Of a stretch of 64,000 bases of DNA, positions 24,751 through 36,928 are shown piece by piece. Within the stretch, counting starts at the first letter, position 1, and every line of letters begins with the position of its first letter. Source of the stretch: Octopus bimaculoides (lineage: Eukaryota); assembly GCF_001194135.2 (NCBI RefSeq), contig NC_068995.1, forward strand, positions 40,807,256 to 40,871,255. Direction: 5' to 3'. The position numbers and the translations under genes are program-made. The notes beneath the pieces are model-generated. The model had not been told where the DNA came from and ran no database searches. It saw only the letters and a list, made by a program, of their open reading frames with translations.

Positions 24751-25319
24751 GTAAGGCTGAGAATGGCTATAGTCTTCAAAAGTCGATAGGATTTGAATCG
24801 CTAAGATCAGATTCATGTTACTATCCCCTTTGTTGTTCCTATTCTTCCTTACTCATCCACAAATGTGAAAGCGACCCAAATATCAATATCATGACCAATG
24901 ATCGTCACTGTGATCATCATGCATTCAGATGGTCTACGTACCGTATGAGGCACCAGCTTGACATGTTTTCCCATCCTATTCTCAGTTTTGCATACTAAGC
25001 ATGTTATTCCATTAGCCTTACCTCGACAGATGGAAGAGATATCATTCCTTATGTCGACTAAGACTTTCAATCGTCGTTTAAGAGTGCATCAAAAAAAGCC
25101 GCTGTGTTTGTACGGATGTAGAAATATGCAACGTTCCTCTTTGCTCGCTCTCGGATATGGATCCTTAGTAGATGGTAGTTCGCCGATCACATATATTTTC
25201 CTCTTTACGTCTAGCAACGCTAGCGAAAGAACTTTTTGTCTCATTTCTATCTCTAAACAACATTTTGTCTCTAAACAACATTTTTGCCCATTAAATCTAA
25301 CTTCTATTCACTTGATAAA

Positions 25320-25378
<59 letters not shown>

Positions 25379-25539
25379 CGTGCGTGTGTAGACGAGTGTG
25401 TGTACATGCGTGCGTACATGTATGTTTATACATGTGATGTTAAAATGGTACAGACCGAAATTTTTAATCCTTAAAATTTTATTTTTTCAACTACAATACA
25501 CGGATTTTGTGAGATTGGATTTTGTTTTCCTTTTATCAG

Positions 25540-25613
25540 CTTTCTTTATTGTCACGTTCATTGCAGTTGTTTTTAAGGGGACGGGACGTTTCTCTGCCGA
25601 CATGTTCTCTTGA
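25540..25613 (+). CDS. Candidate terminal coding exon (unverified)
   Basis: Acceptor TTTTGTTTTCCTTTTATCAG|. The phase-1 frame gives AFFIVTFIAVVFKGTGRFSADMFS*. Confidence 0.2.
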
Positions 25614-25851
25614 GTTACATATAAACAAAGAGAAAGAAATTAGATTATGGCAAAAAAAAATAATAATAATGACACAATTTATATCTCCTGATGTAAGAGA
25701 TGTAGACGTCCATTTAATATGTCCCAAGAGGCTCCCTGTTGAAAATTTTCCAAAACAAAATCTCTTTTCTTCAGTTGTACTCTGTATATAATACAAAATG
25801 CTCAGTCGCTTTTCCGACACACGTGTACACAACCACATACTACTACTACTG

Positions 25852-25902
<51 letters not shown>

Positions 25903-26203
25903 TATAAGAAATAGCTAAGTTCTAGGTGTATGCATGATAACACTTCTGTTATCTGATCGGAAGTTCAGGAAAAATTTCAGCTGTGGCAACATTTTTTTCC
26001 TGCTTTGATTAACGTGAAGCACTAGCTGTAGACTTCGGTATGAATTCGCAAGTATACACATACATGCACACCTACAATAATACATACATGCATTAATACA
26101 CACATAAATGTACTTAAGTGCGCATGTGTGCGTATGTATATATATGTGCGTGTGTATCTATGTGTATCTATGTGTATGTATGTGTGTGTGTGTATCTATG
26201 TAT

Positions 26204-26258
<55 letters not shown>

Positions 26259-26999
26259 NNNNNNNNNNNNNNNNNNNNNNNNNNNNNNNNNNNNNNNNNN
26301 NNNNNNNNNNNNNNNNNNNNNNNNNNNNNNNNNNNNNNNNNNNNNNNNNNNNNNNNNNNNNNNNNNNNNNNNNNNNNNNNNNNNNNNNNNNNNNNNNNNN
26401 NNNNNNNNNNNNNNNNNNNNNNNNNNNNNNNNNNNNNNNNNNNNNNNNNNNNNNNNNNNNNNNNNNNNNNNNNNNNNNNNNNNNNNNNNNNNNNNNNNNN
26501 NNNNNNNNNNNNNNNNNTATATGTATGTGTGTACGTTTGTATGTATTCTGTATATTCATGTTTGTGTGTCTGTGTGTGTATGGGTTTTTGTGACTATTTA
26601 CTGTGTCTGTATGTATGGATGTGTATCTCCATATGTGTGGACGTGTGTCTCCTTATGTGTGGACGTGTGTGAAGTGAAGTGTGTGTGTGTATGGTCATGT
26701 GTTTCAGTCTTCATTTGCGTATGTGTGTGTATGTGTGCTTGCCTGTTCATGTTACCGTCTGTATGTGTATCTGTTTACTTTCATATCCATTTGTCTACAT
26801 ACATGTGCATATACATATACATACACACACATACATACATTTGGGGTGGGATAAATAGTGTTCAGTCAACGGTCAATCATAATAATGGCCGATCATATAT
26901 ATATATATATATATACATATATATAGCAGACGTGCGTATGCACATTTTCCTTTTATGTGAACATATAGGCAACTACCACTAACGTGATCGCCACGGCCA

Positions 27000-27180
27000 T
27001 CACCACAACCACCAGCACCACAAACAACAACAACAAAAACAACAACAACAACAACTGTTCCATCCATGGGCTATAGTCATACCCGGCAATGATTGTCGCT
27101 ATCTCACACAAAGCTATCCACTATCCACTTAATATCACACCTCAGTGTTGTATTCTATGTTACCTGCTCTCTTTCTCTCC
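27000..27180 (+). repeat. Local ~180-bp repeat, copy 1 (diverged)
   Basis: (CAC/CAA)n-CCATCCATGG..TCTCACACA..TATCCACTTAATATCACA..TATTCTATGTT. Confidence 0.7.
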
Positions 27181-27810
27181 CTCTCTCCTTCTCACACACA
27201 TATGAATATATGCATATATGTATGTATATACTGTACCTGGGCAACATTTTCTTTCTTATTTTAACCTTTCATTCATTTTTGTTGTCTTTATGCCTTTCAC
27301 TTTCTTTCTTCAGTATTTTTAGTTATTTTTTAATAGTTTTTTTTTTTTTCACAGCCTTCTTTTCTGACTGCTTTGGCATGGCTGTCACACCATCCATCTC
27401 AGTTGCACCTGCTTACAATATATATAAACATATATAATTATATATATATATATATATATATGTATATGTATATAGAAATATATGTGTATATATANNNNNN
27501 NNNNNNNNNNNNNNNNNNNNNNNNNNNNNNNNNNNNNNNNNNNNNNNNNNNNNNNNNNNNNNNNNNNNNNNNNNNNNNNNNNNNNNNNNNNNNNNNNNNN
27601 NNNNNNNNNNNNNNNNNNNNNNNNNNNNNNNNNNNNNNNNNNNNNNNNNNNNNNNNNNNNNNNNNNNNNNNNNNNNNNNNNNNNNNNNNNNNNNNNNNNN
27701 NNNNNNNNNNNNNNNNNNNNNNNNNNNNNNNNNNNNNNNNNNNNNNNNNNNNNNNNNNNNNNNNNNNNNNNNNNNNNNNNNNNNNNNNNNNNNNNNNNNN
27801 NNNNNNNNNN

Positions 27811-27849
<39 letters not shown>

Positions 27850-28505
27850 TACATATATATGTGTGTGTGTGAATAAATCGTACGATATACACCTGGTAGC
27901 TTACCGGTAAAGCACGTTCATTTTCACGGTGTTCGTTGGGTATTTGATTTATGAGTGAGACGAAAGATGGAAGAAACGAGAATGTCTATTGATCACTACA
28001 ATTGTTTCGACCCCTCTAGCATCGATCCCTTACGCGTGGGACTCTGAACAACTAATTTAGGGGTTTCTATCGGTGTAACTAAATCTGCTACGAATCGCAC
28101 CCTACTGCTCTAAGAAAATAAAAACGCATTCGATGATATAAGCAGACCTACATTTCACCTCGAAAAACAAAAGAATAGATGTGCATGGATGGAATGAGTT
28201 TAATTTTAGGATTGTCTCTGAGTTAAGCAATAACTTAAATTGATACCCATGGAAACTTCAAGTGACGCTCAGGAAACCTTCAAGTGATAAATCAAAGAAT
28301 CAGTTACCGTTTCGGAAAGGAGCCCAATGTCAACCTTGTGCGTTAACCTCTCGCCAGATAAATACAATTTACCTACGACTTCCCTACCAACAGAATATAG
28401 TTACATGACCTCCCTATGAACAGAATGTTGTGTAGGAATACTTACCATAGATTCGATAATATGCCGGATATGATCAACACTCGGATAGAGAAAGTGAGAG
28501 CAGCT

Positions 28506-28619
28506 AACATAGAATACAGTGATGTGATATTAAGTGGATATACGGTAATTGTGTGAGAGACAGTAACAAACATAGCCAGATATGAGTGTAGGCCATGGAT
28601 GGTACGGTTGCTGTTGTTG

Positions 28620-28651
<32 letters not shown>

Positions 28652-28695
28652 GGTGGTGGTGGTGGTGACAGAACAAGATCTCCATAAACTGATAA
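28506..28695 (-). repeat. Local ~180-bp repeat, copy 2
   Basis: Reverse complement of 29231-29390 at roughly 90% identity outside the microsatellite. Confidence 0.85.
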
Positions 28696-29181
28696 TAATG
28701 TGAATATAATACAAAACACAGATAAATAAATGGAATTAAATAACTATATACATCAACAAAATAAATTAAATTAAATTAATACAAAAAAAGACAAAATGGA
28801 AGAAAAGAAAAAGTAAGTAGATATAAACAAAGGAATAAAATAAATGAAAGTAAATTAAATGAATGTGTATAAAGAGGAGATACTGATAATGTAGGCACAT
28901 TCTCACATACACACACTTATTAAACATAGACACACACAGGGATATACGCATGCGCAAATAAAGACACATACAATAGGAATACAAAATGACAGGTCGTTAG
29001 TAAGGAGAGACACACAAAAATAAAGAGCAAAGCAAAGGACCACTGATGAGGTCACAGAAGTGTGACGAAAGAACTCTGGCCGAAATATAATTAATATAAA
29101 TTAGAGCTGAAGCAAGTGAACACCAAATATATAGTGCGTGTGTTTTCATTGGCTAAACTGGCAACATGACCGTCCCCAAAT

Positions 29182-29230
<49 letters not shown>

Positions 29231-29234
<4 letters not shown>

Positions 29235-29390
29235 CAGTTTATGGGGATCTTGCTCTGTCACCACCACCACCAACAACAACAACAACAACCGTACCATCCA
29301 TGGACTACGTTCATATCTGGTTATATTTATTACTGTCTCTCACACAGTTACCGTCTATCCACATAATATCACACCACTGTATTCTATGTT
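29231..29390 (+). repeat. Local ~180-bp repeat, copy 3
   Basis: TTATCAGTTTATGGGGATCTTGCTCTGTCACC..GTACCATCCATGG..CACTGTATTCTATGTT. Confidence 0.85.
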
Positions 29391-29394
29391 TTCT

Positions 29395-29750
29395 AACCAG
29401 ATCTGTCCGAGCCAACGTGGGTATAGAGGTCCATAGCAGCAGCCGATCATTGAAGACCAAGTCCTGCAGCTCAGACTACAGTGGTCTTGCCGCGTCTGCA
29501 GGATGAACACCAGAAGGATACTAGACCAACTTTTGTGGCGGCAGCGACCCACAGACTGGAGAAACACCAAAGAAATCATGAGCAAAACAATTTGAGGAAG
29601 TCCTGTAGTCGCAGCTGCTGGACTTCGAGAGTGTTAAGGCCAGCGCCATGGATCGGAAAGCCTGAAATAACATCATCACCAGAGTCTGTCATCCAGCGGC
29701 ACCCACAGCAGCAACCACTCCGAGTAGAGAGGAGAGTGGTCTTACTCAGT
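29395..29750 (+). mobile_element. RTE-clade LINE 3' fragment
   Basis: IEDQVLQLRLQWSCRVCRMNTRRILDQLLWRQRPTDWR and ESVKASAMDRKA*NNII resemble the RTE C-terminus RRLRW.GHV.RM...R....L.W.P..W.R and A.DR..W..I. Confidence 0.6.
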
Positions 29751-29829
29751 GAATTTGCAAAAAAAATGGGTAGCTGTGACAAAAATGGTTAGGGTGAATG
29801 AGCCTACGGTAGATTGGAGAACAGTTGGG

Positions 29830-30119
29830 TGGCTGAGCACTCCACAGACACGTGTACCCTTAACGTAGTTCTCGGGGAGATTCAGCGTGACACAGAGTGT
29901 GACAAGGCTGGCCCTTGGAAATACAGGTATAACAGAAACAGGAAGAGAAAGTTGTGGTGAAAGAGTACAGCAGGGTTCGCCACCATCCCCTGCCGGAGCC
30001 TCGTGGAGCTTTAGGTGTTTTCGCTCAATAAACACTCACAACGCCCAGCCTGGGAATCGAAGCCGCGATCCTATGACCGCGAGTCCACTGCCCTAACCAC
30101 TGGGCCAATGCGCCTCCAC
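29830..30119 (-). mobile_element. SINE family B, 3'-truncated
   Basis: Intact head (reverse of GTGGAGGCGCATTGGCCCAGTGG). The body ends after GAGTGCTCAGCCA. Confidence 0.85.
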
Positions 30120-30572
30120 GTTGCTATTGTACACATTGGATAAATTTAGCTTTCGACACACTGTCTAGAATGGAGCAGAATCGTGTAAAGTGGGGAGCAG
30201 CGATGCAGTGTAAGGTAAGGAGCAAAGTTGTCGCACAGATTTGACATTACATTTGATATTTTCAACAAAAACAAAACAAGCAAAACAACCATCAAAAAAA
30301 AAATACAAACCAAATGATAAAATACCAAAGTAAAAAAAAAAGAAAATATTTTCTAAATTTCTCAGACATTGACAGTTCACCTGCCTCCTCCCACTGCTGC
30401 TGCTGCATACATTCCACACCAATATGAGAGATGTAGGAGAGGTGGTCGGGGTGGGAGCGGAGGGAGGGATGGATTCTGTTACTTTGTTGCTTTTGTCAAA
30501 TGAGCCGCCTGTCTGGTCAAACCAGCAAGTTGCGGTGGGGTATAAAGATATACAAGGACGGATTGCAGACAA

Positions 30573-30573
<1 letters not shown>

Positions 30574-30616
<43 letters not shown>

Positions 30617-30620
30617 GCTG

Positions 30621-30672
<52 letters not shown>

Positions 30673-30760
30673 CATCACCATCATCACCACCACCACTGCT
30701 ACAAATATACTACTTAGTACTAGTAAAACTCTTGGTGCTGCTACTGCTGCTACTGCTGCT
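30574..30760. repeat. Compound (CTA)n/(CAC)n/(CTG)n microsatellite
   Basis: Direct inspection; it is the source of the poly-Thr/Tyr/Val ORFs. Confidence 0.9.
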
Positions 30761-31574
30761 GCTATTACTAAAACAATAACAACTGCAACAACTAACATGA
30801 CCACCATAACGATAACCAAGAAAAATTCGGCAACACGTGGTGGTTCAAACTACTGCTAGATATAGCAGCAAAATATCCTTCGAGTCGCACTTTATCGCAA
30901 AAAAAAAAAAAAGAAATGGCTGATTCTTAGTGAGTATTGTCTTTAGCTCTAGTTTACACCATTTGTAGTAACTCAAACATACATGATGGTGACAATGACG
31001 ANNNNNNNNNNNNNNNNNNNNNNNNNNNNNNNNNNNNNNNNNNNNNNNNNNNNNNNNNNNNNNNNNNNNNNNNNNNNNNNNNNNNNNNNNNNNNNNNNNN
31101 NNNNNNNNNNNNNNNNNNNNNNNNNNNNNNNNNNNNNNNNNNNNNNNNNNNNNNNNNNNNNNNNNNNNNNNNNNNNNNNNNNNNNNNNNNNNNNNNNNNN
31201 NNNNNNNNNNNNNNNNNNNNNNNNNNNNNNNNNNNNNNNNNNNNNNNNNNNNNNNNNNNNNNNNNNNNNNNNNNNNNNNNNNNNNNNNNNNNNNNNNNNN
31301 NNNNNNNNNNNNNNNNNNNNNNNNNNNNNNNNNNNNNNNNNNNNNNNNNNNNNNNNNNNNNNNNNNNNNNNNNNNNNNNNNNNNNNNNNNNNNNNNNNNN
31401 NNNNNNNNNNNNNNNNNNNNNNNNNNNNNNNNNNNNNNNNNNNNNNNNNNNNNNNNNNNNNNNNNNNNNNNNNNNNNNNNNNNNNNNNNNNNNNNNNNNN
31501 NNNNNNNNNNNNNNAACTGTTCCACATGCAGCTAGAAATAATAGCTGCCGTAGAAAATTTTTTTAAAAAGCAAA

Positions 31575-31955
31575 GAGTGGCTGTGTGGTAAGTAGCTTGC
31601 TTACCAACCACATGGTCCCGGGTTCAGTCCCACTGCGTGGCACCTTGGGCAAGTGTCTTCTACTATAGCCTCGGGCCGACCAAAGCCTTGTGAATGGATT
31701 TGGTAGACGGAAACTGAAAGAAGCCCGTCGTATATATGTATATGTATATGTGTGTTTGTGTGTCTGTGTTTGTCCCCCCAACATCGCTTGACAACCGATG
31801 GTGGTGTGTTTATGTCCCCGTAACTTAGCGGTTCGGCAAAAGAGACCGATAGAATACGTACTAGGCTTCTAAAGAATAAGTCCTGGGGGCGATTTGCTTG
31901 ACTAAATGTGGTGCTCCAGCATGGCCACAGTCAAAAGACTGAAACAAGTAAAAGA
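31575..31955 (+). mobile_element. SINE family A
   Basis: Near-full-length match to the other A copies. Confidence 0.9.
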
Positions 31956-32103
31956 AAAAAAAAAGATACACTGATATTGTAGTCTTAGTCTTTAAAAAAA
32001 AAGAGACGACTTTTCTCCATACTTTTCTTTGATCAGAACTGACCTTTAGCGAAACAATGCCAGTACAACAACAACAACAACAACAGCCAAAACTTTCAGG
32101 TTC

Positions 32104-32261
32104 AGGCGTGGCTGTGTGGTAAGAAGCTTGCTTCTCAACCACATAGTTCTGGGTTCAGTCCCACTGCATGGCACCTTCAGCAAGTGTCTTTTACTATAGC
32201 CTTGGGCCGACCAAAGCCTGGTGAGTGGATTTGGTTGACGGAAACTGAAAGAGGTCAGTTG

Positions 32262-32294
<33 letters not shown>

Positions 32295-32535
32295 CTGTGA
32301 GTGTGTGTCTGTGGGTATATGTGTGTGTGTCTTTGTGTCTGTGTCTCTCCATCACCGTTTGACAACTAGCGTTGGTGTGTTTACGTTCTCGTAACTTAGC
32401 GGTTCAGAAAAAGAGACTAATATAATAAGTACTAGACTTTAAAGAATAAGCCCTGGAGTCGATTTGTTCGACTAAAAAAAAGGCGGTACTCCAGCATGAC
32501 CACAGTCAAATTACGGAGACAAGTAAAAGAATAAA
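32104..32535 (+). mobile_element. SINE family A (older copy)
   Basis: Full layout with more substitutions. Confidence 0.85.
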
Positions 32536-34059
32536 ACAATAAAATAATAAAAGAATACTAATAGCCAAAACAAAAAACAACAACCACAACTCTAATAACA
32601 ACAAACGCAACAATAACAATTAGAACAACAACAGCAAACAGAAATAACAATGACCAAGGAACAGAGAGGACTTTGTGCTAAAATAAAATTTCTGTAAAAT
32701 CGTCCATCATGATTTTGTTGTTGTTTTTCCCCCCGTCTTCTTTGTAATGTCGAACGAGTGGGTAGACTACTGGGTAGGAGACTGGGTAGGAAGGAAGTGG
32801 CTTAAAAAGCTGAGTAAGCTGGAAAAACGTGATTCGGTGAGTTATTTCTATTTCTGCACAAGTTGCTTCTACGCGGACAGAGATATGTGCTTACAGCAAT
32901 GGCGGACGACGTTGTTGATTTGCATGACCTCTTCATTTACATAACGTGATGTCGTGGTTTTGAAAATACAGGTCACTGGAGAATGAAGGAGAAACGGAAC
33001 AGGAAAATATACACACACATACAGATGCATGTATGTTTGTGCTTTTGTGTGTATGTAGGTATATGTACATGCATTTATACATGCGTGAGTATATATATAT
33101 GTGTATATATATGTATATATNNNNNNNNNNNNNNNNNNNNNNNNNNNNNNNNNNNNNNNNNNNNNNNNNNNNNNNNNNNNNNNNNNNNNNNNNNNNNNNN
33201 NNNNNNNNNNNNNNNNNNNNNNNNNNNNNNNNNNNNNNNNNNNNNNNNNNNNNNNNNNNNNNNNNNNNNNNNNNNNNNNNNNNNNNNNNNNNNNNNNNNN
33301 NNNNNNNNNNNNNNNNNNNNNNNNNNNNNNNNNNNNNNNNNNNNNNNNNNNNNNNNNNNNNNNNNNNNNNNNNNNNNNNNNNNNNNNNNNNNNNNNNNNN
33401 NNNNNNNNNNNNNNNNNNNNTATATATATAATACATAGATCTATAGATAGATCTATGTATATGTATGTATGTATGTATATATGAAGAGAGTGAGGGAGAG
33501 AGAGATGATAAAATATATACATATATATATATATGTATGCATATGTATATGTGTATATGTGTGCGTGTATGTATATGTATACATGTATGCATGTATGTAT
33601 GTATGTATGTATGTACGTATGCATGTATAATGTAATGTTCCATCATTGGTTGGATCAAAAAAGTACTTCATCTAATGAAGGATAAATATCATTAATTATA
33701 CATAGGATTTAAATTTAAGCTACTGCTAGTTTCATACTGTGACAAGTTTAGATAACGCACCATGAGTCTCCAAGCAATATTTCAAACTCAACTGTACAAT
33801 ATGGTTGATCTTTGGAAAACAAGGAGAAAAGACAAGAGGGAGGTAAAAGAAGAAAAAACAAAATGAGAAAAAGGAAAATTAAGAATGACGTATTTTTAAC
33901 CCATTCGAATCAGAATTAATACGGGTGGTATAAATAAATTGAACGGGGAAAAGGTCAAAGTTTGTGTAACTACATGTTTAATCCAGAGAGGGTAGTGTTT
34001 TCCAGTTCAATAAAAGAAATTTGTCCAGAGGCTTACACTTAGTAAAAATTTCAGGTCAG

Positions 34060-34230
34060 TAGAGTTCTTAGATCTAAAAAAAGTTTCGTTTAAACAAAGC
34101 CTACATCTTTTTGATCCATTAATGCATGGCATGTATCCTTCCGCGATGCTCCACTTGATAGTGTGTGGTGTCACATAAGGTTAGCTAACTTCATGGGTTT
34201 CTTATTATCCACATGTCAGAAAGAAGACTG
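34060..34230 (-). mobile_element. Penelope-like element, GIY-YIG C-terminal fragment
   Basis: The minus strand gives SF*HVDNKKPMKLANLM* then IKWSIAEGYMPCINGSKRCRLCLNE (cf. SF....K..T.LS..+W..IKWSI+....Y.NG.KRC.LCL.EK). Confidence 0.6.
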
Positions 34231-34237
34231 ATATCTA

Positions 34238-34403
34238 CTCTTTTACTCTTTTACTTGTTTCAGTCATTTGACTGTGGCCATGCTGGAGCACCGCCTTTAG
34301 TCGAGCAAATCGCCCCCAGGACTTATTCTTTGTAAACCTAGTACTTATTCTATCGGTCTCTTTTGCCGAACCGCTGGGTTACCACACAGCCACTCCTACG
34401 CCT
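34238..34403 (-). mobile_element. SINE family A with precise internal deletion
   Basis: Head and tail are present, but about 246 nt of the middle is missing, joined at TTAC. Confidence 0.85.
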
Positions 34404-34727
34404 ATGTAGATATATATATATATATATCTTAAGGGAGCCGGGCGAAAAGACTTGTTTGCTGCATGCTTGTAATAGATGATAAAGGCACTAAGAAACTACC
34501 GAATATCTCTCAAAATACAAGTTATAGTCGGGCAAATGAAAAATTACTAAAAACGACCNNNNNNNNNNNNNNNNNNNNNNNNNNNNNNNNNNNNNNNNNN
34601 NNNNNNNNNNNNNNNNNNNNNNNNNNNNNNNNNNNNNNNNNNNNNNNNNNNNNNNNNNNNNNNNNNNNNNNNNNNNNNNNNNNNNNNNNNNNNNNNNNNN
34701 NNNNNNNNNNNNNNNNNNNNTAGCTAA

Positions 34728-34789
<62 letters not shown>

Positions 34790-34790
<1 letters not shown>

Positions 34791-34937
34791 TATACGACGA
34801 GCTTCTTTCAGTTTCCGTCTACCAAATCCACTTACAAGGCTTCGGTCGGTCCGAGGCTGTAGCAGAAGACACTCACCCAGTAGATCTGAACCCGGAACCA
34901 TGTGGTTGGGAAGCAAGCTTCTTACCACACAGCCATG
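34790..34937 (-). mobile_element. SINE family A, 5' half
   Basis: CTTTCAGTTTCCGTCTACCAAATCCAC..GAACCATGTGG..TTACCACACAGCCA. Confidence 0.8.
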
Positions 34938-35422
34938 CCTAGAACATAATATAGGCCAAAGGCAAAAAAATTCGGCAAGTTTAATGAACGATGTCCACAA
35001 CTTATTCGCAAATAATTGAAAATTTCTTCTTAGCTGAAAAAATTAAACAAAAATGTAGCGGTTATTGATATTGAGTTTCAATGATGAAGAGAGAAAATTT
35101 CGAGAATCGAAATTTCCTTTTCAATCAATTACCTTACCTGACTTTTGTTGGTTGGCAAAAGGACATCAGCTACTGGAATGAGCAGCAAGATCATAATATG
35201 TTCCTAGTGGTTCCCACCTTCCCTGCAAATTGACAAATTGCAGTCATATTTTTTTCTAAATTGATTTTGTGAAATTCATTCTTAATTCCTTGTTATTATC
35301 TCCTCCTATCATTGGAAGTCACAAACAATTATCACCGGGTATTTGTCTTTCCTGAAAATTGTGTTTGCTATGTCATTCATAACTTCACTTCTAATTTTAC
35401 ACACATACATACACATACAGAC

Positions 35423-35498
<76 letters not shown>

Positions 35499-36855
35499 GT
35501 ACATGCATGCACACAATGGACTGTGATAAAAATTTCATAACGTTCAGCTGTTGCATCTGAACGTCGACTGAACGAAACCTTGGTTCGGATTTGTCATCCT
35601 ACTAACTTGAACTTTAAAAAAAAATCATTAGATTTATACTATCCTTAACAGGAGGGTGTATTGAATGGCTTTACGATCTTTATCGTAGCAAATGCACAAT
35701 AACGACATATATATATATATAAATATGTATGTATATGCATATNNNNNNNNNNNNNNNNNNNNNNNNNNNNNNNNNNNNNNNNNNNNNNNNNNNNNNNNNN
35801 NNNNNNNNNNNNNNNNNNNNNNNNNNNNNNNNNNNNNNNNNNNNNNNNNNNNNNNNNNNNNNNNNNNNNNNNNNNNNNNNNNNNNNNNNNNNNNNNNNTA
35901 TATATATATATATATATATCTGTGTATGCGTGTGTAAACGTGGATAGTGTGTGTGTGTGTATGCTTACATAAGTTTATATATTTACATACATATATGTAT
36001 GCAAATGTATGTGTTTATATGAATGCATATACATATATGCATACATACCGTTATCTGTTTACATGTATACGTACATGTACATGTATGCACACAGATGTAA
36101 ACGTGCGTATGTATGTATAATATATATAGAGAGAGAGGGAGAGAAGGACAGAACAGGAGAATCAAATATTGTGTTTTGAAGATACAGAACAACGGAAGAT
36201 AATGTCAATAGCCTGTAAAAATATAAAGGAAAAAGGAAAATAAATATATGAATATATAAATACAATACTCTGCCTGTATAGTGTTTGACTGCTTTACTGT
36301 CTCATCTGACTTTCATCTTCCTAGAGTTAAAAATAAAAATAAAATAAATAAATGAAGAATGATATTACAAGTTCCATTTGTTAGCAATATGTGCAGATAA
36401 GTTTATCTAAAGACTGCTCCCAGCTAGAAACTTAGTCGCAGTAGTAAGCATGTTATAGTGATTAATACAACGTCATATATTTATATATTGTTTATTCTAA
36501 GAGAATTATGTTCCTTGAGAATCAAGATTCATACGGCTGCTATCATCAGGTGAGATGTATACTCGTTCAGTATTTCGGAGCTGGTTTTATATATATTATA
36601 TACAATAGTTTCATACACTGTGCATACAGTCTATATAAAAAGGAACTATTGCAAGAAGACAGATCTTTTCTGAGGGTTGCAGTAACGTAAATCTCGAGAT
36701 GCAAGAATGAAGAATATACTTCAGGTACTTTATTTAGTAATTTCCTCCCCGTCTTTCCTTGACAAACTTTAATACTTGAATACACACACACGCGCGCGCA
36801 CGCCTAGTGAGTTAATTTGGTTGAAGGAAACTGAAAGAAGCCCGTACAATATATG

Positions 36856-36928
<73 letters not shown>

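Noticed and set aside
24849-25070. Minus ORF vaguely resembling a LINE APE endonuclease
   Set aside because: The similarity is limited to loose spacing with no catalytic motifs, and adjacent frames do not extend it.
30424-30859. Mucin-like poly-Thr, poly-Tyr/His and poly-Val ORFs
   Set aside because: All three arise from the same (CTA)n/(CAC)n tract, with no splice or homology support.
35140-35222. Minus-strand exon-like segment (TTTGCAG| ... CAG|GTAAGG)
   Set aside because: Stops in all three frames, and nothing else supports it.
36502-36549. 48-nt open exon candidate RIMFLENQDSYGCYHQ
   Set aside because: No homology. The reverse strand carries CTGATGA within PLE-like sequence, so a repeat origin is as likely.
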